A stretch of 63,543 nt of DNA, filler included, from Craspedostauros australis (lineage: Eukaryota): NCBI GenBank assembly GCA_030167865.1. It is 16 parts of 16 records of this genome, joined end to end, with 100 filler letters (N's around TTAATTAATTAA, not from the genome) between each part and the next. Parts side by side here need not be neighbours in the genome. Positions count along the whole stretch, not along the records: positions 1 to 12,502 come from JALAGF010003175.1; 15 more parts are not named here. One strand, written 5' to 3'. The notes below the pieces were generated by a model. That model had not been told where the DNA came from. It made no database searches and was given only the letters and a program-made list of their open reading frames with translations. This document shows positions 1-11,172 of the stretch, in pieces (position 1 is the first letter of the stretch; each line of letters opens with the position of its first letter). Both the position numbers and the translations under genes were made by a program.

Positions 1-356
1 GCTTGTGCCGTCGGCGATATGCCAATGGTTACCAATAGTTACCAATAATTACCAAAAAACCGGAAATTAGCCACGAGACACTAGACTGCTGGCAGAGTCT
101 CAGCCACTCGGGTCGATTCGTGGGAACAAAATTAATCTGTGGACAGTTAGTCTCGGTGTAGACGATTGGAAATACTAGAATACTATTCTAGAATACAATG
201 GAATCGGGTGGTGCGTTTACTTGCGATGATCCACCAGATCTTTGACCAAGCCCAGATTGCCGCGAGCTTAGCGTCATTTGCATTGCCACTGTCTTCTGCA
301 ATACATTCGTATCCATTATTTTATACCTTCACATTTGCATCTGTGCGTGTAGCCAT

Positions 357-3300
357 TCACAATCCAAACTCCGTCCGCAGTTCGCAGATGCCAGTGCTGG
401 GGTTGGGGCTGCATGCTCCCAAGCAGAGTTGCGCCCAACCGTTCATTGCGGCCGAATCTAGATCGTACGAAATGAAGCCATTGTCATCGATGTAGGGACA
501 TTCACCGCATGACAACTCCATCACGTGAGTGTCGCAAGCGATGCAGCCGCCAGCCTCGCACTCGGGGATCGATGCCTTTCTCCACTCGCATTCCTTGGCA
601 TACGGATTGCAGCAAACCGTGCAGCACGAGCATACAGTGTACGAGAGCAGGCTGCCATCGAGGGTGGATCCTGCACAATCTGTTGACAACAGTTGCATGT
701 TGGGGATGACGCTGAAATCCTCGCAGAAGATGGGATCCAAACTGCCGGTGATAAAATTCTCAGGAATTTCAAACCTCTCGAGCTTCGACAACGCCCTGTA
801 CTCGATGGGCACCGTTCCTGTGAGCCTGTTGCTGTACAGCATGAGAACGACTAGCTTCGATAGTGTGGCCAGTTCAACTGGAAGCACCCCAGTCAAAACA
901 TTTTTGTGCACAGCAATAGCTTCCAGCTTCTGGTTGCTTCCAAACTCCGTTGGGATCGTTCCATTGAGAAACGAATCAAAAACTTCGAAGACCTCAAGGT
1001 CCGGGAGCAGGCCAACTTCCGTGGGAATCGTTCCTGTCATCTGCGAAGGCCCGATTAAGATATGAATCAATCTTTGCAGATTGCCGATGTGAGTGGATAT
1101 GCTGCCTTGGATGATGTTGGTGGGAAGAATGAGCCATTCCAATCTGACCAGATGGTACACCTCCTCAGGAATGGGCCCCAGCAGACCATGGTTGGAAAGA
1201 ATGAGCTGTATCACTAGCCCTTGCGAATCGCAGATCACACCATACAATTCACCTTCGGGTTGTTGTTCGTTCCAATTGCACACTGACGTGGGTGTCAGAA
1301 ACTTGCGCTGGAACTTCCAATCTGGTCCATTCCACTGGCGGTACATGCTCACGATACAGTACCTTTCCAGAAGAATGAAGGGCATCAGCGGGGTCTTGTT
1401 GGCGAGGATGGTTTTGCTGTAGGTATCAACGTTGACCATCCAATCAAGTATTTCATATGGCAGGGACTCCGCGTCATCGAAGGTGGCCGGGTCCAGGAAG
1501 GTGGGAAGTTCTGAGAGCAACGGCGCAAGAATGTCGACCATGCTGCGAAAATCATCAGGTTGAACCAAGACTGTTGGTGTCTCGGACGGCAGCGCAGTTG
1601 GCCCTGGAGTTGGCCCTGGAGTTAACAACGGAATTGGATTGATCTGACTGGTCTTGGTGGTGGCACCGCCTTGCGAGACGACGACGAGTGCCACAGCAAC
1701 TGCGATCACGATCGCTGTCACGGCAACGATGACGCCAATGGCCATCCTTCTATCCATGACACAGCAAAGTAGTTTGACAGCATTTCTGGGTTCGTTCGCG
1801 TATCCCTTCAACCCGTCGCCGCCACGTCCACTTTCATAGTCATTTGCATCGCCGCCCGCTGGTTCTACCTGGATGGCGTCCGCGATGTACGCATCGACGC
1901 CAGGGACCACGACTTGGATGCCCATTCTCTGCTGCACTTCTTGATTCACCCGGTTCTGAAACTCTTCTTCAATTTCTTCTCGGAATGCATTGCGGATTTC
2001 CTCCGGCGTAGGGGCCAGCTCGGCGACGAGCGTGGGGTTGCTGGGACGGGGCTGTTGCTGCTGGGAAGTCGGGAGTTGCTCCTGCTGATCGGAATCGCGC
2101 GGTGAGATCTCACGCGTCTCCTGCGTATCATCATCGTCCGCATTCCCGAAAACTCTGGGGATGACGCTGAAGGCACCGATGGACGTACTCGAAGTGATGG
2201 TTGTAGCAGCGGTGACAAACTCGCTCTCGCCACCGTCGTCATCCTCGCCACTTGAATTTCCACCTATGCGGACGTTGCAAAAGTTGCGAATATTCCCCTG
2301 GCTAGGTCTCAGCGGTAGGCTCGCGTCGGATACTCGCAGTGATTTGCTGGACGAATCTTCAGGGTGTTTTTTCTGCGACAATTTTGGCTTGTGAAGGGAT
2401 GAACTGCCTTTGTCGGGGTAGGTGAAGGATTCATCATCTAGCTGAGGGGCTCCGTCCTTGTCTCCAGCGCTGCTGCGGAGGCTGGTCTTGGACTTGCTGT
2501 GTTCGCTGCTACGTTCACTGCTACGTTCGCTGCTACGTTGGCTGCCTTGTTGACTCTCTTGCGTGCTATCCACCTGACTGCCCTGGACGCCGGTGCTTCC
2601 GCTCGCTCGAGTTGAACCGCTGGCTCCGCTGCTTCTGTTGGCGTGGCTCCCGGTGCTCCCGTCGGTACTGGCCCTGCTGAGATTGGCTGGCGGTCGAGCC
2701 TCGGCAGCCACAAGCTGAGATATCTGATCGAACCTGTTCTGCGCGCTCTTCCCTTGAGGTCCTGTGCCGCGCACGGCCGGTGATCGCATCGTGATGCTCA
2801 TGAGTGTGCTGTTGAGCGTTTGGGCGTCGCCGCTGGATCGCACGTTGGAGCTGTCCACCAATTTCTGCTGTGCCTTGACGATGGATGCGATTGTGACTGC
2901 CGTGTTGGCATCGTTGGTCACATGCGAACGATTGTCATCTCCCGACATCTGTCGGTTGTAGGCGTGCATTGCGGCGGTGCGACGTGACCGGGCGCTGGGT
3001 ACCGGAGTCTGCGGATCAACATCCTCCGCCGCGATGGCCATCGCCTGTCGTCGATGGTCAGAATTTCGCGGTTGAGCGCGTTGCTTCGAATCGTCGTCTG
3101 TCACATCAACGCCGGCGGCAAAAGGCGCAGTGGCAGCATCGATGCCTACATGAGCTTCAATATCCATGTCCATGTCCATGTCTGTATTCAATACATCATG
3201 ACTGTCTTCCGCCATGATTGGAGCTTCATGACCAACTTCTGCGTTGGAATTTGGGGCTCGACCAGGGGGCAGAGGAGGGTGTCGTCTGGCCAATCCCGGA

Positions 3301-3554
3301 TTTGGTGCAGACGCAGCCATCGTAGCGGCAGCAGCTGTGATGAGCTGCGAGTTGCCCGTCGTCATTGAATCATTGGCCGTTTCATCGGTGGAAGTGGTGA
3401 TTGTGATGTTATCAGCATGCGCATCATCATTTGTAGCGGCTGCGCTGCTCCATTGCTGGCTCATTCCGCCTCGACTGCTGCGCGGAGATCGATCACCCGA
3501 TCTTGCGAAAGAGTTCGTGGCTGTCTCGTTCTCGTCGTCGTTGGTGGAGTTCAT
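357..3554 (-). CDS. Type-II single-pass membrane leucine-rich-repeat (receptor-like) protein, 1065 aa
   Basis: Uninterrupted ORF. About 600 aa of disordered S/G/Q-rich N-terminus, one TM helix (MAIGVIVAVTAIVIAVAVALVVV), a Pro/Thr stalk, an LRR N-cap (ERYCIVSMY...W...VCNW...GVIC), about six 24-aa plant-type LRRs (GTIPTEVGLL, GTIPTEFG, LTGVLPVELATL), a CSCCTVCC C-cap and a further Cys-rich tail. No kinase domain. Confidence 0.9.
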   Translation of the reverse strand: MNSTNDDENETATNSFARSGDRSPRSSRGGMSQQWSSAAATNDDAHADNITITTSTDETANDSMTTGNSQLITAAAATMAASAPNPGLARRHPPLPPGRAPNSNAEVGHEAPIMAEDSHDVLNTDMDMDMDIEAHVGIDAATAPFAAGVDVTDDDSKQRAQPRNSDHRRQAMAIAAEDVDPQTPVPSARSRRTAAMHAYNRQMSGDDNRSHVTNDANTAVTIASIVKAQQKLVDSSNVRSSGDAQTLNSTLMSITMRSPAVRGTGPQGKSAQNRFDQISQLVAAEARPPANLSRASTDGSTGSHANRSSGASGSTRASGSTGVQGSQVDSTQESQQGSQRSSERSSERSSEHSKSKTSLRSSAGDKDGAPQLDDESFTYPDKGSSSLHKPKLSQKKHPEDSSSKSLRVSDASLPLRPSQGNIRNFCNVRIGGNSSGEDDDGGESEFVTAATTITSSTSIGAFSVIPRVFGNADDDDTQETREISPRDSDQQEQLPTSQQQQPRPSNPTLVAELAPTPEEIRNAFREEIEEEFQNRVNQEVQQRMGIQVVVPGVDAYIADAIQVEPAGGDANDYESGRGGDGLKGYANEPRNAVKLLCCVMDRRMAIGVIVAVTAIVIAVAVALVVVSQGGATTKTSQINPIPLLTPGPTPGPTALPSETPTVLVQPDDFRSMVDILAPLLSELPTFLDPATFDDAESLPYEILDWMVNVDTYSKTILANKTPLMPFILLERYCIVSMYRQWNGPDWKFQRKFLTPTSVCNWNEQQPEGELYGVICDSQGLVIQLILSNHGLLGPIPEEVYHLVRLEWLILPTNIIQGSISTHIGNLQRLIHILIGPSQMTGTIPTEVGLLPDLEVFEVFDSFLNGTIPTEFGSNQKLEAIAVHKNVLTGVLPVELATLSKLVVLMLYSNRLTGTVPIEYRALSKLERFEIPENFITGSLDPIFCEDFSVIPNMQLLSTDCAGSTLDGSLLSYTVCSCCTVCCNPYAKECEWRKASIPECEAGGCIACDTHVMELSCGECPYIDDNGFISYDLDSAAMNGWAQLCLGACSPNPSTGICELRTEFGL

Positions 3555-4327
3555 GTCCCCCTATCTTCAGTCTTCGTTGCGAAGACTGCTGTGGTTGCCA
3601 AGCAACACCAGGATTCGAGGTGCGTACTCGTGTCAGAAGCACCTTGATGATCAACTTCCAACTCTATGCGCCAGCGATTGCAGATGAGAGCAAGACTACA
3701 GTATCGATAGCTCGTGGGTTTGCATCCTCAGCTTTGTCGTTTGCAGCTTTTGGCTCATGTGATGAAAGACAGTGCAACGAGGAACCTGCACATGAGGCGA
3801 ACAGGGTTAGACTCTCCCATTTGTGTGCGTTTCTGTTGGCCTCTGTGCACACGTACAATGGCAGACGTCATCGACAACTGCGAGAGCTAACGCCACACAC
3901 ATCACGACTCCGCAGTCATAAATCCATCATTAGCGCCACCACATTCCCGCAATACTGACAGTTTCGCACTTGAACCCTTCTCCAGAAGGAACGCGTTCTG
4001 AGAAACCTTTGGGGTGATCTTGTGCACTGCGCTTGTGACCCAAAGTGTCACTGACATTGAAATTGTTCTAGTCGAGATCAATCATAACACCAGAATCCAT
4101 TCGTATCAACAGGTCCAAGCCGCTCCACTCACATTCCAACGCCACTTGAACACCACTTCATTCACAAATCGCTGGGCATGCGGAATGTGTTGTTCTCCAC
4201 AGCACATCAACGAACGGTTGACTTGTACGCTGTGCACCAACGAGTAGACTATCGTACGAATAGGACTAATCGATTGTAATACTCTATTGATCGGGCAGAG
4301 CCCGTTGTGCACCATCTACATGTCGTT

Positions 4328-7300
4328 TTACAGGCTCTCAACGCTTATGTCCAGATCGAAGTCTGCCCCGACACCTTGGACGAGGATGTAGAACGTTTGG
4401 AAATCGAGCGCGAACCATGATGCAGAGTGATGCAATCCGCAGAAGTCTTGGTCCAGGATCAGAAGTGGCGTGAGGCCGCTGCAGCCCTTCCCGAACGTCG
4501 CGGTTTCGCCTGGAAAATTCACCATTTCGTAGATCGAGATGCGGGTGGGCAGTTGGACTGAGGTGTTGCATGTTGATGCGGCGAGCACGCCGGTGATGCC
4601 TTCGATCTTGTACCACACGCCCGGGCTGTGCTCGAAGATGCCCTCGAAATCGCTTGCTGCGTACAGTTTCGCACCCATTGTCGTCCCCTTCACGGATAAT
4701 GCTGTGCCGATGCTGTCGCCGGGTGTTGTTGAGGACAGTTGGAGGGGGGATGCCCTGCTGCACACATCGTTCGCCGGGCCAACCCGAAAGTTCACGATGC
4801 CGTAGTCATCGTTGAGGTTGCGACCCGACACGCGCACATGATAGACGACGTCCTTCTCAGACTTCCACCGAACGTGTCCTCCTCTCGGTTGCGGCGCATC
4901 GCCGAAGCCAAGTTCTTCCGTGACGACGATATCGTCGCAAGAGCCTTGAATGGCGTCCTCGATGCATGTCAACAGACCGCAATCATCGTCACCATCACCA
5001 TCGTCGTCGCCACCGACGTAAACATCCAACCTCGTTTCGTATTGAGTGTAGATGGAGCAAGTTGAAGCGATCAAGTCAAAACCGTTGCCGACGACGGTGA
5101 ACCAAACGTCGCGTCCATTGAATTCATCCTGCGGCGTCGGTGGAGTAGTCTGGATTCCGCATCGTGGGTAGTCGGTGGTGTTGGAGTCGGCGTCCGTCGT
5201 CATGTGGCTGCGGGTTGAGCTCCTCGTCGTGACAGTAATTGATTCACCATCCAATGCAACCGGACCCATGGCCGTCTCGCATCTGCTGTTCGTTGCAGGA
5301 CTTTCGACAGTCAGAGCGAAAGTGGAGAACTCATCCAGCTTTGCGTCTAATTTCACCATCACGAAGTACTGTTCGTCGACGACGGTTTGCCAGCTGACCG
5401 ACATGTGATCTCCACATGGCACTGCCACCATGGAGTCTTCTGTCATGCACCGCAAGTCATCGCAAGTGCCCGTTGCGCTGGTCATCACGCTCACTGTTGT
5501 CGTGGCAGCGCCCACGTCTGTGGATCCAGGATGACATGTCGAGGCTGTCAATGTCTCTCCGGTGCCAACCACCGAATACCAGAAGACATGCCGGGTGCTC
5601 TCCCCGCTGTCTTCTACTGGTAGATCCATGGTCTCTTCCATCAATTTCAGGCATGATGCCTCAATCGATTCGGAATCTTCAGGCACGGCTGTTGAGTTCG
5701 ACGTGACGCCAATGATCGATGTTCCATCTGTTGGGATTGGTTGGGCAAGTTCGCACATCGGCGAAGTAAGTTCGTCAACTTCTTCCAATGTGATGGTGAA
5801 CTCATTGATGACACTGGGTCGGCGATCTTCGGGTGCGTGGACTGAGCACGGGCGTGAGTTTGAAAGTGAAGCGTTGGTGGTGTTAACGAGGATGAGATAC
5901 GAAGCAGAGATGATGTGAGACGGTTGTTGCCGAGTCTATGCAAACTTGACTTGCTCGTTGGATGCATACACCGTACGCGAATGTTTGCAGATGGATACAA
6001 ATTGGCAAAAGCTGAAGCAGGCAGGCAGGCAGGCAACTGACCCCAGACAAGGATGTTTGACATCGACAGATACGCATTTCCAGCACTGATGATTGCCGTA
6101 TTCATACAGGCGCACCATGCTATTCTGCACAAGCACTCACCAATCAAATGATACCGAGCTCCTTCGTGAGCGAACCACTCGACGACACTGCAAGAGTCCA
6201 AAACGCTCCCGTCGTCAAAGTTGACCAGATCTGAAAATGTGGATATGTCATCGTTGGCATCGAGGCATTCCAAGAAAAAACAGTCACCCGAAAGGACTGT
6301 GATGCGGGTATCACCTCTGGTTTTGTCGTTGCAAGTGGATGCACGCAAGATGCCACCGGCTCCATTGACGCGGAACCATGTTCCGCTGTAGCTGTAATCG
6401 CTGTGCTCGTCAGTGTCGATGAGAACATCCCCGCCGCAACTTGCGATCGGATCCACCTCATCGGTAAGATCTTTGATGGAACTCTTTCGGCTTGAACCGA
6501 CTTCTAGTTTGGGTGCGAAGACACAGATTCCAGAGTCGATCGGAGGGCTTGATTTTGATGTACCCTTGAATTCGATGTAGAAGTCGCCCACGGTGTTTGC
6601 AGCACCGTGCACCAAGACGTAATACACATTGCCAATCTCTGGGACGAAATTGATGGAATTGACGTCACCAGACACGCATGTGAGGGAGTCGCAGCTGTCT
6701 CCTTTGAAGCCGGATATCTGTGGAACAAATCCTTCTGTGATGGGCACCACATTAAAATAATCGGATTTTCGGTTGGTGGAATAGCCGGGCGAGATGGCCT
6801 TGAACCAAACCCCAGGAGCACTGGAGAGTGCGTTGCCACAGCTCCCCACCTCCGGCGGCACGATTGGTGCACCTTCGGTCGAACCGATCGCGGTTGTGTA
6901 GGTAATATCAATCGCGGTGTCACATGTGAAGCTGTTGGGCACCTCGGACATCTCCAGGAGGAATGTGCCACGCGAAGATCGAAAGCCGTGTACGTAGACG
7001 TAGTAAGGCATGGATCCATCCATGGCGAAGGTCACGCGGCTGCGATCGCTGCATACGTCCCCACCCTGGTCGTTGGCCGAGATGCAGCTCAATCGGTCAC
7101 ATTGGTCACCCGCGAAGACGGAGATTTGCGTGTCGAAGTCCGTCTCCACGATCTCTGTTGTGTTGTCATCGGCGAGAATGTCAACGCTCTTGCAAAGCGA
7201 TGCCAGTATGCGGCGCGGGGATCCTGTCGAGCCCAGGACATCGGTGGTCTCTGTGGTCTGAAAGTTGTGCGGCTGAACGCGGTACCATGCGCCATGTCCA

Positions 7301-9048
7301 TTCCGAGAGATACCGTTGCAGGTCTCGATCGAATCATCGAGGATGCCATCCACCGTGCTTCCCCAGATGACGGTGTTCAAATCCGACTGGCCAATGTCTT
7401 TGGCGCATTCGCACCGATTGTTCGATGTGCACGGATCTTGCGCTTGTACAGGCGCTGGCGTGATCGCAGGAGGGATGGTGAGCCCCGGAGCGAGCGTCGG
7501 CATGCCAGTCGGGAGCTGTCCCACCTGCGCAGGCGCGGGCTCAATTGACGGCTCTGTCCCATCGCCTGGCAAGGGTGACGATGGTGTCGGTTGCCCTCCC
7601 GCATCCTTGTTGGAGGGAGATGAAGCATCGGAGCTGCTGTCGTTGTCGCCACCACCAGTCACGCCAATGACGATGCCAACAACCGCTCCCACGAGCATCG
7701 TGCAAAAGATGCATAGGAGCAGCAGCAGACGACGTCGCTTGTGGGTGGCGGCAACACCTGCACCGCCCACCTTCGATTTGTTGTGCATGTCGTCATCGTC
7801 CAACGTCGCACGGACAGCGTTTTGCTCCATCTTCTTGCGCGTTTGCTCTTCCGCTTCATCCACGATGGCTTGGCGTTCCACATCGGACAGCACGACGTTT
7901 GACGTGGACACGGGGACCAGGGACGCCTCTACCATGCTGGGTCTCAGCGACGTTGAGGAAGCCCATGCGGCATCAGCGTCTCCGATGCGTGGCACTTGGT
8001 TCGCGCTGGCTCTGGATGGGCGGTCGCGGAACGAGCCGCGCTTCGATCGGCTCTTCCTGGAGGGGCTGGCAACTGCGGCTTCGAAGGCGGTGCTGGAACC
8101 AAACCTGACGCCTTCCACGGAATCATCGGATGGAGCGTTGGGATCTTCTTCGTTGTGAGTCAGCGACAACAAATTGTCATCGTTGTCGTGGTAGCAATCG
8201 TTGGCATTGCCGACAAACGAGGATGAATCTCGCATCTGACTCTCGCGCAGATCTTCGGACATTTCGTTTGCAATGGTGGACGTCGTGCGGCAGTCCTCTG
8301 CGTGCTTCGCTCGGAACGAGGAGAGGGTCGGTCTGGCCCTGCCTGCCGAGCTGGTCTTCGCGGATGGTCTGGCCTTGGAGGCACGCAGCGTGGACCGGCG
8401 TCCCTTGAATCCATGAGTAGCTGCAGAGGCGCGGCGTTGAGCGTTGGGTGACACAGCGACAGCACCGACGGTGGGAGCCGTTGGAGCGTCCTTGTCACGG
8501 ACTTGACGGAACCGAAACTTGCCATTCCTAACGTCCTTCGCCGTGTCCTTCTTGACTTGCTGCTTCTTCTTCATCGGCTTCTTCGTGGTTGGCATGGCTT
8601 TCGCTGCCTTCTTTTTGGCAAGGTCATCTTTCGCGGTGGATTTGCCAAATGGCGCTGGTGTTGATGTTGCCGTTGAGGTTGGCGTTGACGTTGATGTTGA
8701 TGTTGGTGTTGAGGTTGGCGTCTTTGTTTTTGTTGCCCCAGTGTCCTTGTTTGGTTGAGATGGAAATGGAGTTTGAAATTGGGATGGGATGGAATCAGCA
8801 GCAGGTGGTGGTGTGATGGTGCTTGGTTCCATTTCGTGGCCGGACGATGCCGCGTTGGTGTCCGCAATCGCGGCAGCCACAACGGCAGCATCGATGGTGG
8901 TTGGCGCCTTAACTGCATCACCGGCGGTGGCAGCTGCAGAATTGGCTTGTGCTTGAGCACCCAGAGCTGGTGGCAGTTCATTCTCTTCCGTGGTTGGACC
9001 ATGAGACGGACTCGAAGATCCCGCAGTCTCGTGCGGTTGGGTATTCAT
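4328..9048 (-). CDS. Type-II membrane protein with six tandem Cys-containing extracellular repeats (PPC-like beta modules); 2 exons (9048-6141, 5841-4328), about 1473 aa
   Basis: ATG at 9048 (MNTQPHE). A GTGAGT donor at 6140 and CAG acceptor at 5842 join ORFs 5647..9153 and 4328..5788 in frame, giving YHLIVHAPEDRRPSVINEFTITLEEV, which matches the repeat consensus. TM helix LLLLLCIFCTMLVGAVVGIVIGV follows KRRR. Repeat consensus: N-x-C-x2-A...G-x-T...C...G-x-W(Y/F)...ASTC...T-x-I-x-V...C-x2-L-x-C...S-x-V-x-W...Y-x-I-x-V-x-G...F-x-L. Confidence 0.85.
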
Positions 9049-10467
9049 CGCTGTTGGATTGCGTCTTGATCTTGGGAATGCTGCGGCCTTGGGATGCGCA
9101 GGAGTCTGTTGTATTTTCGATGGCACGTTGTCTCGTTTTGTGGACAGTTGCAAGGATCTTGTTTGGTGGGTGACGTGCAGAGATGCTGCTTCCCAATGAC
9201 TGCGCCCATCAAAAGCACAGAGGCGGAGATGTTGATCATCACGCGATCATCACACACGACCAGATGTGGAGATCGTCAGAGCCAGATTGCACTTGGCGCC
9301 AACAAATTCGCTCCTTCCACTGTTGAAGTTGCTGTTGTCGTCTCCGAGTAGCCCCCACACAAGCAGAGCACGATGTTGCCAACCAAGCGACGCATCAATT
9401 AGACTCGACTCTCCGACCGACATTTCCTCTCCTTGTGACGTTCGACCAGAAAATCGGGGATCTCTGTGACAGGTCATTGCGGACCGGCTTTCATCACGCA
9501 GTGGGCAGTGGTCGAGGGGCAGTCGAATTGCCACCTTGCTCCATCACTTTTGCACGATGGGCCTCCTTTTGGATCCGGAGAGGAAGAACATGCGTTGTAA
9601 GCACGACCATCCGAGATGAACACGCAGGTTGGGGCCGATCTCTGCGAATTTCATCCTTCAACTCCGACCCCCGTGATGGGTAGAAAGAAGACCGCGTTCG
9701 CAGCAAGTGAACGGTATCACGCATTCAATCACTGTTGTCACTGGCATTTGCGAACCCACGATTTCCAGTCACAAGCACGCTGTTCTTTTTGAAATGAGAA
9801 AGTGTTGATTTGATGTGTTTCGAACAGTCTGTCAGTCCATCCGTGTATCAGCTGCTTTTTCATGTATTCAAATAGTGTGATGAATAGTCCTATTGTCAGT
9901 CAATCCGAACAAGTGGATTTTAGTTTCCTATGCAGACTTCATGTCTGTGCAGTTTTCGTTCGTGGAGGATGAGCGACAACGGACGTTTCATGAAGTGTTT
10001 GGACGGACACAAGAAACAAAACTGTGCTCGTTAAACGGACATGCGATAGTATACCAAATCGTGCATTGCGTCACGACAGGCGCGTGAAGGGTCCACGCAG
10101 CAAACAGGCATGCAAGAAGTGGGAACACACGGTTCCATGAATCGGTCAACATCACGAAGCAACATGTGTGTCGTGCAAGTGGCCAGAGGAGCTTGCCGCC
10201 GATGAGCTTTGCCAACTGCGATGGGTGGCTCGGTGCGATACGATTCCGTTTGAGATGAGGCGGTGTGTTGCGTTTTGAGTTGTCGTTGTTGCTTTAGCTT
10301 TGGCTTGTGTTATGAGTGTTATTTGGAGTGTTGTAGTGGGGCATTGTTGTTGTTACTTTGTGTTTGCATTCTAGTGTCGAAGTGCTATGGTATGGTACTG
10401 TAATAATGTTCAAAATTGGTTTGTTGCTGGTTGGAGAGGAAGCTGTGCTTTGCTTGCACTTGCGTGC

Positions 10468-11172
10468 TTACATCCGCATCGGAAGGGCGCTCTGCGTGCT
10501 GTACGAAGGCGCGAAGCGACGACGGAAGGGCATTGTGCTTCCCATGGTGCCGTTGAAGGACTTCATGGCCGCCGTTGTGGTGCTGAGGCTGTGCTTGCGG
10601 AATGTGGATCGCGAGGTGTTGCTGCTGCTTCCATTGGAAAGGCGCCTGCGCAGCTTCTGCTGCTTGCGTTCTCTCTGAAGGACCTTGATGGTCTCCTGGC
10701 GCTGCTTCTGCACCTTGTTGGCGGAGGCGGCGGCCTCGAGCAGTTCATCGGACGAGTACCCGGTCTGCAGCAGCATCTTGGTGCGCTCCCAGCAGGACAA
10801 TCGCAGTTCATCTTTGGAAGAGCGTCGCTGCGTTTCGCGGACCTCCTCGACCTGATCCAGATCGAAGGATGTCTGCCGCTGTGGAATCCATTCGATGGTG
10901 ACCGGTGGTCCCTGTGTGGTGGATGGGTGGTCGCCGACGATCATTCCCATCTCGCGGACATCGACGGTGCTGAACTGCACTCGTCGCTGGCGCTTCAGGC
11001 TGCGGCTTTGCTGCTGCTCCTGCATGTGTTGCTGGAATTGAAGCTGCTTCTGGAGGAACTGGATCTGCATTTGCAGCTGCAGCTGCGTTGGCTGCTGCTG
11101 CGGTGACTGTGGCACGGACATGTGGAAGTCGTTGTGCTGTGGCGACGCTGGTTCTGTGTTCATCATCATCAT
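10468..11172 (-). CDS. Diatom-family hypothetical protein with an RVxF-type motif (RRVQFSTVDVREMGMIVGDHPSTTQGPPVTIEW)
   Basis: 234-aa ORF with a poly-Q N-terminus and coding-like GC. The V-x-F-x2-V-x-(V/I)RE...GD(H/N)P...GPP-x-x-I-x-W...ER-x2-ML motif is typical of an expanded diatom protein family. Confidence 0.75.
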   Translation of the reverse strand: MMMMNTEPASPQHNDFHMSVPQSPQQQPTQLQLQMQIQFLQKQLQFQQHMQEQQQSRSLKRQRRVQFSTVDVREMGMIVGDHPSTTQGPPVTIEWIPQRQTSFDLDQVEEVRETQRRSSKDELRLSCWERTKMLLQTGYSSDELLEAAASANKVQKQRQETIKVLQRERKQQKLRRRLSNGSSSNTSRSTFRKHSLSTTTAAMKSFNGTMGSTMPFRRRFAPSYSTQSALPMRM

